A stretch of 29,825 nt of DNA, taken from IMG/VR virus record IMGVR_UViG_3300037467_003075, positions 128,001 through 157,825 of that record; one strand, given 5' to 3'. The position numbers were made by a program, and so were the translations under genes. The stretch is from a virus. Lineage: Duplodnaviria > Heunggongvirae > Uroviricota > Caudoviricetes. The notes beneath the pieces are model-generated. The model did no database searches, was not told where the DNA came from, and saw only the letters and a list, made by a program, of their open reading frames with translations. Shown one piece after another: positions 1-8,231 of the stretch. Position 1 is the stretch's first letter; every line of letters begins with the position of its first letter.

Positions 1-246
1 GCTGGTGCCGCATTTGTAACTCTAGATGGTACTATTGACTTGACATATGAGAACGATGGAAATCTCTTATATGGGTATGTGTCTGAGACATATCGTGGTG
101 GCATTGATGTGTATGTTGTGTTCGGTGGCAGCGTAGATAAGTCAATGCACAAGTATTGTATTAAATCAGACACGGCAAGCATTAAGACAACAAACAAAGA
201 AGAAATTATTCGACTTTACAATGAGCATATAACGGAGGTTGTGTAA
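1..246 (+). CDS. hypothetical protein, probably 5'-truncated by the window edge
   Basis: Frame is open from position 1 to TAA at 244-246, directly upstream of the primase; no recognisable motif. Confidence 0.55.
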   Translation, partial: AGAAFVTLDGTIDLTYENDGNLLYGYVSETYRGGIDVYVVFGGSVDKSMHKYCIKSDTASIKTTNKEEIIRLYNEHITEVV

Positions 247-267
247 GTCATGAAAGGAGCAGTAGCG

Positions 268-1407
268 ATGGACTTCTCAGTTGTAAAGGAGCTAATTAGG
301 GAGAAGATTGACCCTGTTGTACTTCTAGAGTATTACGGCGTAGATATTGCTGATAGAAATTATCGCTATAACAGGATTCGATGTTCTTGCCCTTTACATG
401 AGGGAGATAATCCTACTGCCTTTTCATTTGACTTAAATACAAAGCATTTTACTTGTTTTACCCATCATTGCGGCGAATCATCAAAAGACTGGTGGTCTGT
501 GCCAAAGGATGGCTCTGCTCCATCGCGAGACTTGTTCCTCTTTATCAAATTGATGGAGGAAAAGAACAAAAGAGAGCAAGGCTCAAAGAACTACATATGC
601 CCATGGACACAAGCTTTAAAAATAGCTGCTGAATTAGCAGGAGTTACAATCGATGAATCTACTATTTCTTATAATAAAGAAGTAATGGATAAGCTTGATA
701 ATCAAAAATGGATACGCACAATGAACAAGGTTAATCAACAAATTGAGCTTGAAGTGTTTGACGAGTTTGAAATTGAAATGTATCAGGCCATGTTACCATT
801 GTGCGATTACATAGATTCTCGCAGCTTTGATGAACAAATCCTTAGTTTCTTTGAAATTGGCTATTCACCAGAGGGTGTAGATGAACCATTTCGTGCAAAG
901 TTTAATGATTTTCCAGGTAGAGTAATTTTTCCCGTCAGGAGTATGGGTGGACAGCTAGTCGGTTGGAGTGGACGATTAGCAACCGATGACGATTTTATAG
1001 TCAAAAAATATAATAAATGGATGCATAAATTAGACTTCGAAAAAGGATTTGTGCTATTTAACCATAATAATGCGTTGCCATTTATCAAGGAAACTAAGGA
1101 AACTATTTTAGTCGAAGGGCCATTTGACGTAGCTAGACTATGGTCATATGGGATTCACAATGTTGTTGCTGTTATGGGTTCCTCTCTTACGCCAGAACAA
1201 TTGCAGTTAGTTGTGTCTAATGCCTTTAAGGTAAAGGTGTTCTTGGACGGTGACGGAGCTGGCAAGAGCGGCGCAAGAAGGATATGTGAACAGCTAAAAC
1301 GCTATGTCGATGTTTATACAGTACAAACAGTCAACAAAGACCCAGACGAACTCACTTATGACGAAGCATGGAACGCAGTAAAATCAGCAAGACGATATAT
1401 CGAATAA
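268..1407 (+). CDS. dnaG: DnaG-type DNA primase (CHC2 zinc finger + TOPRIM)
   Basis: CSCPLHEGDNP...FTCFTHHCG zinc-binding domain; GRVIFPV, LVEGPFD and FLDGDGAG TOPRIM motifs, KDPDE. RBS AAAGGAG at 253-259 favours ATG 268 over 250. Confidence 0.93.
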   Translation: MDFSVVKELIREKIDPVVLLEYYGVDIADRNYRYNRIRCSCPLHEGDNPTAFSFDLNTKHFTCFTHHCGESSKDWWSVPKDGSAPSRDLFLFIKLMEEKNKREQGSKNYICPWTQALKIAAELAGVTIDESTISYNKEVMDKLDNQKWIRTMNKVNQQIELEVFDEFEIEMYQAMLPLCDYIDSRSFDEQILSFFEIGYSPEGVDEPFRAKFNDFPGRVIFPVRSMGGQLVGWSGRLATDDDFIVKKYNKWMHKLDFEKGFVLFNHNNALPFIKETKETILVEGPFDVARLWSYGIHNVVAVMGSSLTPEQLQLVVSNAFKVKVFLDGDGAGKSGARRICEQLKRYVDVYTVQTVNKDPDELTYDEAWNAVKSARRYIE

Positions 1408-1416
1408 GGTTCGTCC

Positions 1417-1454
1417 TTGACTAAACGGACGAAATCTAGTATAATATAAATATA
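1417..1454 (+). promoter_or_regulatory. sigmaA-type phage promoter (repeat family member 1)
   Basis: TTGACT (1417-1422), 17 nt, TATAAT (1440-1445), then ATAAATATA. The -35 sits in the loop of inverted repeat TTCGTCC/GGACGAA. Confidence 0.85.
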
Positions 1455-1481
1455 TTACAAACAAGGAGAGGTTAATCAACA

Positions 1482-1793
1482 ATGAGTCAATTTATGCGAA
1501 TGGAAATCAAGGGAGTAGCAAAGGACGCACACGAACGATATCCAATTACTTTTGCTTACGGTCAAAGCGGAACAGCTTACTTTAATGGATGTCGAGTAGA
1601 ATCTTCGTTTAAGAGTGGCGATAAGACAGTCACTAACCGTATGGATATTCAAGCATTTGGTGACGTAGCAGAAGAACTTGCTGCGGTAAGTGATGGAGCA
1701 GAGATTCATGTAAAAGGAAACTATGGGAAACGAAAAAGTGGCGACAAGTGGTATGATGTCGTGACAGTTGATGAAGTTATTTCTATTAGTTAA
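1482..1793 (+). CDS. ssb: single-stranded DNA-binding protein (short OB fold)
   Basis: IQAFGDVAEEL...GAEIHVKG resembles the SSB OB core; next to primase; RBS AAGGAGAGG. No acidic C-terminal tail. Confidence 0.7.
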   Translation: MSQFMRMEIKGVAKDAHERYPITFAYGQSGTAYFNGCRVESSFKSGDKTVTNRMDIQAFGDVAEELAAVSDGAEIHVKGNYGKRKSGDKWYDVVTVDEVISIS

Positions 1794-1806
1794 GGAGGAA
1801 AGATAA

Positions 1807-2085
1807 ATGAATTTTGGTCAAGCTTTGGAAGCATTAAAGGAAGGGAAGAAAGTATCCCGCGAGGGATGGAACGGCAACGGCAAGGGAATGTGGATTGCAT
1901 TAATGCCAGCCCTATACTTGGACGCTGGCACTGTGAACGGTCGTACCCGCAGATTCATTGGCGACGAAACCCCGCTTGATTCACAGCCATACATTGCAAT
2001 GTGGACTGCACAAGGCAAATGGCAGCCTGGTTGGCTATGTTCGCAGCCCGATATGCTGGCAGAAGATTGGTGCATCGTAGAGTAA
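1807..2085 (+). CDS. DUF2829 family protein (Tad2-like nucleotide-signal sponge)
   Basis: MNFGQALEALKEGKKVSREGWNG, PYIAMWTAQG and PGWLCSQPDMLAEDW are the DUF2829 signature; RBS AAGGAGG. Confidence 0.88.
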   Translation: MNFGQALEALKEGKKVSREGWNGNGKGMWIALMPALYLDAGTVNGRTRRFIGDETPLDSQPYIAMWTAQGKWQPGWLCSQPDMLAEDWCIVE

Positions 2086-2110
2086 AATATTTGACACAAG
2101 GAGAGGTAAT

Positions 2111-2347
2111 ATGCGTTATTTTGCGGTAGGGAGTCAGAAGAAAAAAGGCTTAGATGGTGAAGTTGCTTTTGTAAATGTGATGATTCCCTTGACTGAAACA
2201 AGTCGTGTTGGAGCAGTGAATCAGGCTAATCGTATTGCTCGTCGTGATAAGATTACGCTTGATGGTGTTTATTTACTAGGTGGCCCCAAAGACAGCGGTG
2301 GTATCCTCACTAAGAATATGAAGAAACAAAAGGCATCTAAGCGATGA
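2111..2347 (+). CDS. small basic hypothetical protein
   Basis: RBS AAGGAGAGG before ATG; co-oriented; followed by hairpin GGGTAG/CTACCC. Confidence 0.7.
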   Translation: MRYFAVGSQKKKGLDGEVAFVNVMIPLTETSRVGAVNQANRIARRDKITLDGVYLLGGPKDSGGILTKNMKKQKASKR

Positions 2348-2406
2348 GGGGTAGTATCTCTACCCTTCTACTACTTTCATATAATTAGAGGGAGAGAAAA
2401 AGAAGA

Positions 2407-4354
2407 ATGCGCGTTCTAAAGAGAAATGGTCAGTATGAATACTTCAATTTTAAAAAGGTAGAAAAAGTTATAAGATTCAGTTGTCCGAATGATGATTTTG
2501 TCAATAAGTTTATTAACGAATTGGAAGTTCACATTAAGGATGGAATCACAACCAAAGAATTACAAGAAACCCTGATTCAGTTTGCATCGGAACAAATCAG
2601 TGTAGACGCACCACAATGGGACAAGGTGGCAGCAAAGTTATTTCTGTATGACATGTATAAAGAAGCCGGAATCAATCGTGGCTATCAATCATTTGGTTAT
2701 GGTAGTTTCTATAGACTACTTGCTAAGCTAAGTATTATGGGACTATATGATAATGATGTTATTGATGGATACACAAGAAGCCAGATAGACGAACTTGGTG
2801 CTTACATAAAGCCTGAGAATGATTACAACCTCTCATACATAGGCGTGGCAACACTAGCAAAGCGTTATTGCATTAAGGGGCATAATAAAGAGGTGTATGA
2901 GCTTCCACAAGAAGCATTTATGGGCGTGGCAATGAAAATTGCTTTGGCGGAAAAGCCAGAAGAAAGAGTAAAATGGGCTAAAGAGTTCTATGACACAATG
3001 AGCAGTCTTGATATGACAGAGGCAACGCCAACTATGTCGAATGCTCGTAAGCCAATGGGCCAACTTAGCTCATGTTTTATTGGAATGGCAGATGACTCAT
3101 TAGAGTCGATCATGTACTCAAATACATTGTTCTCCGAAGTCTCCAAATGGGGCGGCGGAATGGGAATGTACATTGGCAAGGTTCGTGCACTAGGTTCACC
3201 GATTCGTGGATTTAAAAATATGAGCGGTGGCACACCACCTTGGATTCGTATTATGAATGATACAGCAGTAGCATGTAACCAATTAGGTGTTCGTGCTGGT
3301 GCGATAAGTATAACAACAGATGCTTGGCATAAAGACATTTTTGAATTTATTGATATTAAAAAAGATACAGGAGATTTGCGCCGCAAGGCACTAGACATTT
3401 TCCCTGCTATCGCTTGCCCCGATCTTCTATATAAGCAGTCGTTCACCAGGGATAAGGTTCGCGGTGGCAAGTGGTACTTATTCTGCCCACATGAGATTCG
3501 CAGTGCGAAAGGTTGGTCATTAGAAGATTCGTGGGGAGAAGAATTTGAGCAGCGTTACTGGGAATGTGTTGATGACCCGAATATTCCTCATGTTGAAGTT
3601 GATGCTATGGAGTTATGGAAGAAGATTGCAGAAGCTGATTCTGAAACAGGTTCTATGTTCTTATTTAATAGGGACACAGTAAATCGTGATAACCCTAATA
3701 AGCACAAGGGAATGATTTATTCTACTAATTTGTGTGTGGAAATCTGTCAGAATATGTCACCGCAAGGTGGAGTCAGTCGCTATACAAGAACACTTGAAGA
3801 CGGTTCGACTGTATCTGTCGAGGAAAGAAAGAGCGGAGATTTTGTTGTTTGCAATCTTGGCACACTTAATACTGGCAGAGCACATACAAAAGAAGATATC
3901 TTTAGAGTTGTTCGCACAATGGTTCGTATGCTTGACAATGTTATTACAGTTAATACATTACCTGTGGAGCAAGCAAAGATAACCAATTTTTTATATCGTG
4001 CAATTGGCATTGGACTTGGTGGATGGCATGATGCTCTCGCTATTAACGGAATCCGTTGGGAATCTGATGAGCATATTAAGTTTGCTGACCAAATTACAGA
4101 ATGGGTAGCAATGGCAGCAATTGAAGCTAGCGCAGACCTTGGGGCAGAGAAAGGTTCTTATCCTTATTATGAAGGCTCTGAATGGAATACAGGAGATATA
4201 TTTGTTCGTCGTGGCTATGTAGATCGTGATGAGCTAGGTAGGGTTTCAGTAAAAGAAACAGGGCGCGAAGAAGACAAAGAATGGTACAGAATTTACCTTA
4301 AGGCTTCTTATGCAATGAGAAATGGATATCATCTTGCAGTCGCGCCAAATGGGT
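2407..4354 (+). CDS. nrdA: class Ia ribonucleotide reductase alpha subunit, exon 1
   Basis: N-terminal ATP cone (MRVLKRNG), ATPTMSNAR, GQLSSCF, STNLCVEI (NxCxE), VCNLG, RAIGIG; homology stops at AVAPNG, where the intron begins. Confidence 0.95.
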
Positions 4355-5456
4355 TGACTTAATGGCCCCCTCCTAGAGTAATCTACGAGGAAAAAGACAG
4401 ATAACTGCTGGAACACCCTAAAGATTCACTAGCTACAGCATAGCCAGTAATGGCAAATGCGAATGCGGCTGAAAAGCAGAAAGAATAGTGAATATGGCAT
4501 ATGGCGAGAGCCTAAGTGCTGTGCAATGGGCAATCAGCATCCGAGTCTCCTATACGGAGAAAGGTTCAGAGACTACAATCTGTCTTCCATTATGGTAGCA
4601 TTATTCAGTTTATAAATAGAAGTTGTGTTGGCAAGGAGATGATTGTCTTGTCAGCAAAACAAAAAGGTATGCATATACCATGTTCTTACTGTGGAAAAGA
4701 AAAGTATTACTACCCCAAAGACATCAGAGAGGGAAAGAAATACACTTGCAGTCAAGAGTGTTGGGCAAAATATAGGTCAGAAGTTGATAAACCTAGTCAG
4801 CATCTTATCAAGAGGGTTAAGACAACCTGTTCCGAATGCGGCAAAGAGTTTGAACAGGCACCATGGTTAGCTAATCGTGGAGTTGTTAGATGCTCAAAGA
4901 TTTGTGCAAACAGGTATATTAACAGAACAAAAAGTGAGAAATCAAGGGTAATAGTTAGCTGTAGTCAATGTAAAAAAGAGATTAGCATTGTAAAGGCCAA
5001 ATTGAGCCAGACATATCACTTTTGCAACAGGGAATGTATGACCGAATATTACAATACTCATGATGATTTTAGGGGAGAAAATAGTCCAAACTGGACAGGT
5101 GGGAAAGAGTCGTATTACGGTGAAAACTGGCGACAACAAAGAAGATTAGCCAGAGAAAGAGACGATTACACCTGTCAAGATTGCAATATCACAGAAGAAG
5201 AATATGGTCAAGAGTTATCTGTGCATCATTTAAAGCTATTTAGGCTATTCGATAACTACGAAGAAGCCAATCAATTGAATAATCTAATATCACTATGTGA
5301 ACCATGTCATAGGCTAAGGCATAGTGGAGAAGGGCATCCTAGTAAATTTAAGGACGAACTTCTTGATGGATAATTATATAGTCCGAACTACATTGAGAGA
5401 TGTAGAGGTAAATAAAATTTACCCACATAACCATTTGGTTATGGAGTAACAAAAAG
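4355..5456 (+). mobile_element. self-splicing group I intron in nrdA carrying an HNH endonuclease
   Basis: P1 GGGU/GCCC with U4354-G4365 wobble; P3 AAGACAGAT 4394-4402 / ATCTGTCTT 4578-4586; P4 TGCTG 4406-4410 / CAGCA 4535-4539; P7 GACTA 4571-4575 / TAGTC 5379-5383; P9 hairpins 5388-5443; terminal G5456; splicing restores the frame. Confidence 0.92.
4648..5373 (+). CDS. intron-encoded HNH homing endonuclease with N-terminal zinc-finger repeats
   Basis: Three CxxC...CxxxC repeats, then RERDDYTCQDC...VHH...NNLISLCEPCH HNH motif. AAGGAG at 4633-4638 is 9 nt from TTG 4648. The longer 4516 ORF runs through the ribozyme core. Confidence 0.88.
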   Translation: MSAKQKGMHIPCSYCGKEKYYYPKDIREGKKYTCSQECWAKYRSEVDKPSQHLIKRVKTTCSECGKEFEQAPWLANRGVVRCSKICANRYINRTKSEKSRVIVSCSQCKKEISIVKAKLSQTYHFCNRECMTEYYNTHDDFRGENSPNWTGGKESYYGENWRQQRRLARERDDYTCQDCNITEEEYGQELSVHHLKLFRLFDNYEEANQLNNLISLCEPCHRLRHSGEGHPSKFKDELLDG

Positions 5457-5818
5457 CATCAAGTCATTATGGAGGTTATAGCCAATCCATCGACCCTGTA
5501 TTTGGTTGGGTTTACAAAGATGGTAAGAAAGGCCAGGCATTGCCAGTGGTTGCCCGTTATATAGATCAAGTAAATCCACTTATCCACTACAAACGCGCAC
5601 ATACAATCGACCAAAAAATGAGCATTAAGGCCAACGCAGCAAGACAGAAACATATTGACCAGTCGCAAAGTTTCAATCTCTATATCACACCAGAAACAAC
5701 TGCTGAGCAGTTAATCACATACTACGCAATGATTTGGAAAACTGGTGGTAAAACAAAATATTACACTCGAAACATGAGTGCTGAGCTTGATGATGATTGC
5801 GAAGGATGCAAGGCTTAA
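5457..5818 (+). CDS. nrdA: class Ia ribonucleotide reductase alpha subunit, exon 2
   Basis: Spliced junction reads AVAPNGSSSHYGGYSQSIDP; also RQKHIDQSQSFNL, KTKYYTR (radical-relay YY) and C-terminal CEGC. Exons total 2310 nt (769 aa). Confidence 0.92.
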
Positions 5819-5824
5819 CCAGGT

Positions 5825-5844
5825 GGGGTCGTAAGACCCCCTTT
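5825..5844 (+). terminator. GC hairpin between nrdA and nrdB (weak terminator or stabiliser)
   Basis: GGGGTC-GTAA-GACCCC followed by only CTTT. Confidence 0.5.
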
Positions 5845-5863
5845 ACATACTAGGAGGATAAAG

Positions 5864-6937
5864 ATGTCTGATATTCTACAGCCAAAGAAACTTTTTAACC
5901 CAGATGCGTCTCAGTCATTTAGTGACCGAAAATTAATCGGCGCGGAAACAACGAATATGATGATTCTATCAAAAAATAAATATTCGTGGTCAATGAAGAT
6001 TTATCGTCATATGATGGGCAACTTTTGGATTCCCGAAACGATCAAGTTAGGTCAAGATAAACTACAATATACAACTGAATTAACCAATGACGAGAGAGAG
6101 ACATTCGATAAGATTATTTCATTCCTTGTTTTTCTTGACTCACTACAGACAGCTAACTTGCCGAATATTAATGATTTCGTTACATTGCCAGAAATTAATT
6201 TACTCCTTTCTATTCAGCAATACCAGGAGGCGCTGCATAGTCAGTCATACGGCTATATTCTAGAGTCTATCGCGCCAGATGATGATAAATTGAGAATTTA
6301 TAACATTGCTACTACAGACCCATATCTAGTTAGCCGCAACAAGATCATTGCAGACTATTATGAGGAATTTATTCAGAACCAGTCAAAGCATGGGTTCGCT
6401 AAAGTATGCATGGCTAACTATATTCTTGAGGGGCTGTATTTCTATGCTGGTTTTTCGTTCTTCTATAACTTAGCACGAAACAAAAAGCTGACAGGTGTAG
6501 CACAAGAGATCAGATATATTAATCGCGATGAGTTGAGTCATCTTGCTTTGTTTGAGGGAATTTTCCGTGAGTTGCGCCGTGAGGAACCAGAAATTTTTAC
6601 GGCAGAATTTGAAAATGAATTACGAGAAATGATGCGTGGTGCAGTCGAAGCAGAAATTGAGTGGAGCGAATACGCAATCGGCAATAAGATTCAGGGACTG
6701 AACACAACAATTCTTAGTAGCTACATTAAATACATCTCAAATTTGCGCCTTGATCGACTTGGGTTAGAGCCACTTTATCCAGAAGTCATAGAGAATCCAT
6801 GTAAATTTGTTGATGAGTACACAAGGTTTAATGAAATGAAAACCGACTTCTTTGAAGATCACGAAACCAACTATACACGAGGCAATCTAAAAATAGACGA
6901 GGTTGGCGAAATTAATATTGATAATATCGACATTTAG
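5864..6937 (+). CDS. nrdB: ribonucleotide reductase beta subunit
   Basis: FWIPE, FLDSLQ, QEALHSQSY (metal ligands and radical Tyr), LEGLYFYAGF, INRDELSH, KTDFFE; RBS AGGAGG. Confidence 0.96.
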   Translation: MSDILQPKKLFNPDASQSFSDRKLIGAETTNMMILSKNKYSWSMKIYRHMMGNFWIPETIKLGQDKLQYTTELTNDERETFDKIISFLVFLDSLQTANLPNINDFVTLPEINLLLSIQQYQEALHSQSYGYILESIAPDDDKLRIYNIATTDPYLVSRNKIIADYYEEFIQNQSKHGFAKVCMANYILEGLYFYAGFSFFYNLARNKKLTGVAQEIRYINRDELSHLALFEGIFRELRREEPEIFTAEFENELREMMRGAVEAEIEWSEYAIGNKIQGLNTTILSSYIKYISNLRLDRLGLEPLYPEVIENPCKFVDEYTRFNEMKTDFFEDHETNYTRGNLKIDEVGEINIDNIDI

Positions 6938-6967
6938 GGAGAAGCTTGCTTCTCCTTGATTTTTTTT
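6938..6967 (+). terminator. intrinsic terminator after nrdB, overlapping the next promoter
   Basis: GGAGAAG-CTTG-CTTCTCC followed by TTGATTTTTTTT. Confidence 0.7.
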
Positions 6968-6993
6968 ATAGATTGTGCTATAATATAAATATA
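6956..6993 (+). promoter_or_regulatory. sigmaA-type phage promoter (member 2)
   Basis: TTGATT (6956-6961), 17 nt, TG-extended TATAAT (6979-6984), ATAAATATA. Confidence 0.8.
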
Positions 6994-7016
6994 AATCATA
7001 GTAGGAGAATGATAAA

Positions 7017-7682
7017 ATGTCTAATCCAAAATGGGATGAACAGATTCTAGTGGTTAAGCGTAAAACTGTATTTGGTGACAATGATTTTTTTGAGGGGATT
7101 TTGACCAACAGTGAAAAAGTTGAAGTGATAGCAAACCGATTCGAAGATTTCTCTGTGATGCGCAGAGGCAATGAAAAAGACCCTACACCGATGGAGAATA
7201 ACGCCGAAATTAATCTTGAATACAAGCAACCTATTCCATACATCGTTTTCCGTCGAGATCAGGAGTTTTTTGTCTATAAGCGTCTGAGCGGTGGAGGAGA
7301 AAGTAGGCTTTTTGACAAGCTATCAATTGGCGCTGGCGGACACATGAACTATGTAGAAGGTGCCAGTTCTTTTGCAGAGCAAGTTTGGGAAAACATGTTG
7401 CGCGAGATCGAGGAAGAACTTGAGGTAGATAGTAGTTCTGTACATTTTGAAACACTTGGACTGCTAAATGACGAACAAGATGAGGTAGGAAATGTTCATA
7501 TTGGAATTGTCCTTATAGCTAACATTGAACCAGACGGGGACATTAAGGTAAACGAAACAGACCAATTGCGCGGTGAGTGGATGACATTAGATCAACTAAC
7601 CGCGCCAAGGACATATGATAAGCTTGAAAATTGGTCAAAAATTGTTGTTAGTGAATTATATTCAATGACCAAGGAGGATTAA
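7017..7682 (+). CDS. ymaB: YmaB-like Nudix-family phosphoesterase
   Basis: YKQPIPY, ESRLFDKLSIGAGGHMN, REIEEEL (Nudix box), VGNVHIG, LENWS; lies downstream of RNR as ymaB does in B. subtilis. Confidence 0.8.
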   Translation: MSNPKWDEQILVVKRKTVFGDNDFFEGILTNSEKVEVIANRFEDFSVMRRGNEKDPTPMENNAEINLEYKQPIPYIVFRRDQEFFVYKRLSGGGESRLFDKLSIGAGGHMNYVEGASSFAEQVWENMLREIEEELEVDSSSVHFETLGLLNDEQDEVGNVHIGIVLIANIEPDGDIKVNETDQLRGEWMTLDQLTAPRTYDKLENWSKIVVSELYSMTKED

Positions 7683-7690
7683 TTAATAAT

Positions 7691-8215
7691 ATGGTAACAA
7701 GAGAAGAAAGGGACAGTGCGGTAGACGAAATAAGCTACCGCATGATAGATGTCCTTTATAGCTGGATGATAAATGAAAGGGCTAATCTCGATGGCTTTAT
7801 TGCTGACCCAGAAAACCATGTTGATTTTAATCCATATCTGGTCATTGATTTTGATGCGCTTTCACAAAGAAGTGTCGGGCTAGGCAATGTGGCAGATGCA
7901 CTGCTACTGGTGTCGCAATATAAGAAAGGCGACGAAAGTGTAACAAGAACTATGCATGATATCGCTATTGAATCTGTTCCAGTTATTATATGGAAAAGAT
8001 TATACGACTGGATGGACAAGAGAGCAAATGATATGCAAAAGTTTTTACAAGATGCGCAAAGTAATCCGCCTGTTCCCCTTGATGATTATAAGCAATTTGT
8101 TTCTTTTGATACAGGCAAGTATTTAGCTGAACTTCAAATGTACATATCATCTAGAGATGGTTTAGCTATAGTGATTCAATATGCTGAAGAAGAGGGACTC
8201 GGCATAGGTTCGTAA
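7691..8215 (+). CDS. hypothetical protein
   Basis: RBS AAGGAGG; 174 aa acidic, helical-looking ORF packed between Nudix and dnaE. Confidence 0.75.
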   Translation: MVTREERDSAVDEISYRMIDVLYSWMINERANLDGFIADPENHVDFNPYLVIDFDALSQRSVGLGNVADALLLVSQYKKGDESVTRTMHDIAIESVPVIIWKRLYDWMDKRANDMQKFLQDAQSNPPVPLDDYKQFVSFDTGKYLAELQMYISSRDGLAIVIQYAEEEGLGIGS

Positions 8216-8231
8216 GAAGGAGTGATGCACA

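Noticed and set aside
1401-1413. SOS-box-like CGAATAAGGTTCG upstream of the ssb promoter
   Set aside because: One base too short for the 14-bp DinR spacing.
4516-4647. N-terminal extension of the HNH ORF in the ORF track
   Set aside because: It overlaps ribozyme elements P4, P7 and P3 and lacks an RBS.
2407-5818. nrdA as a pseudogene, or as a split gene with a free-standing HNH or an intein
   Set aside because: A complete group I core and exact frame restoration explain the break; the in-frame stop at 4360-4362 excludes an intein.
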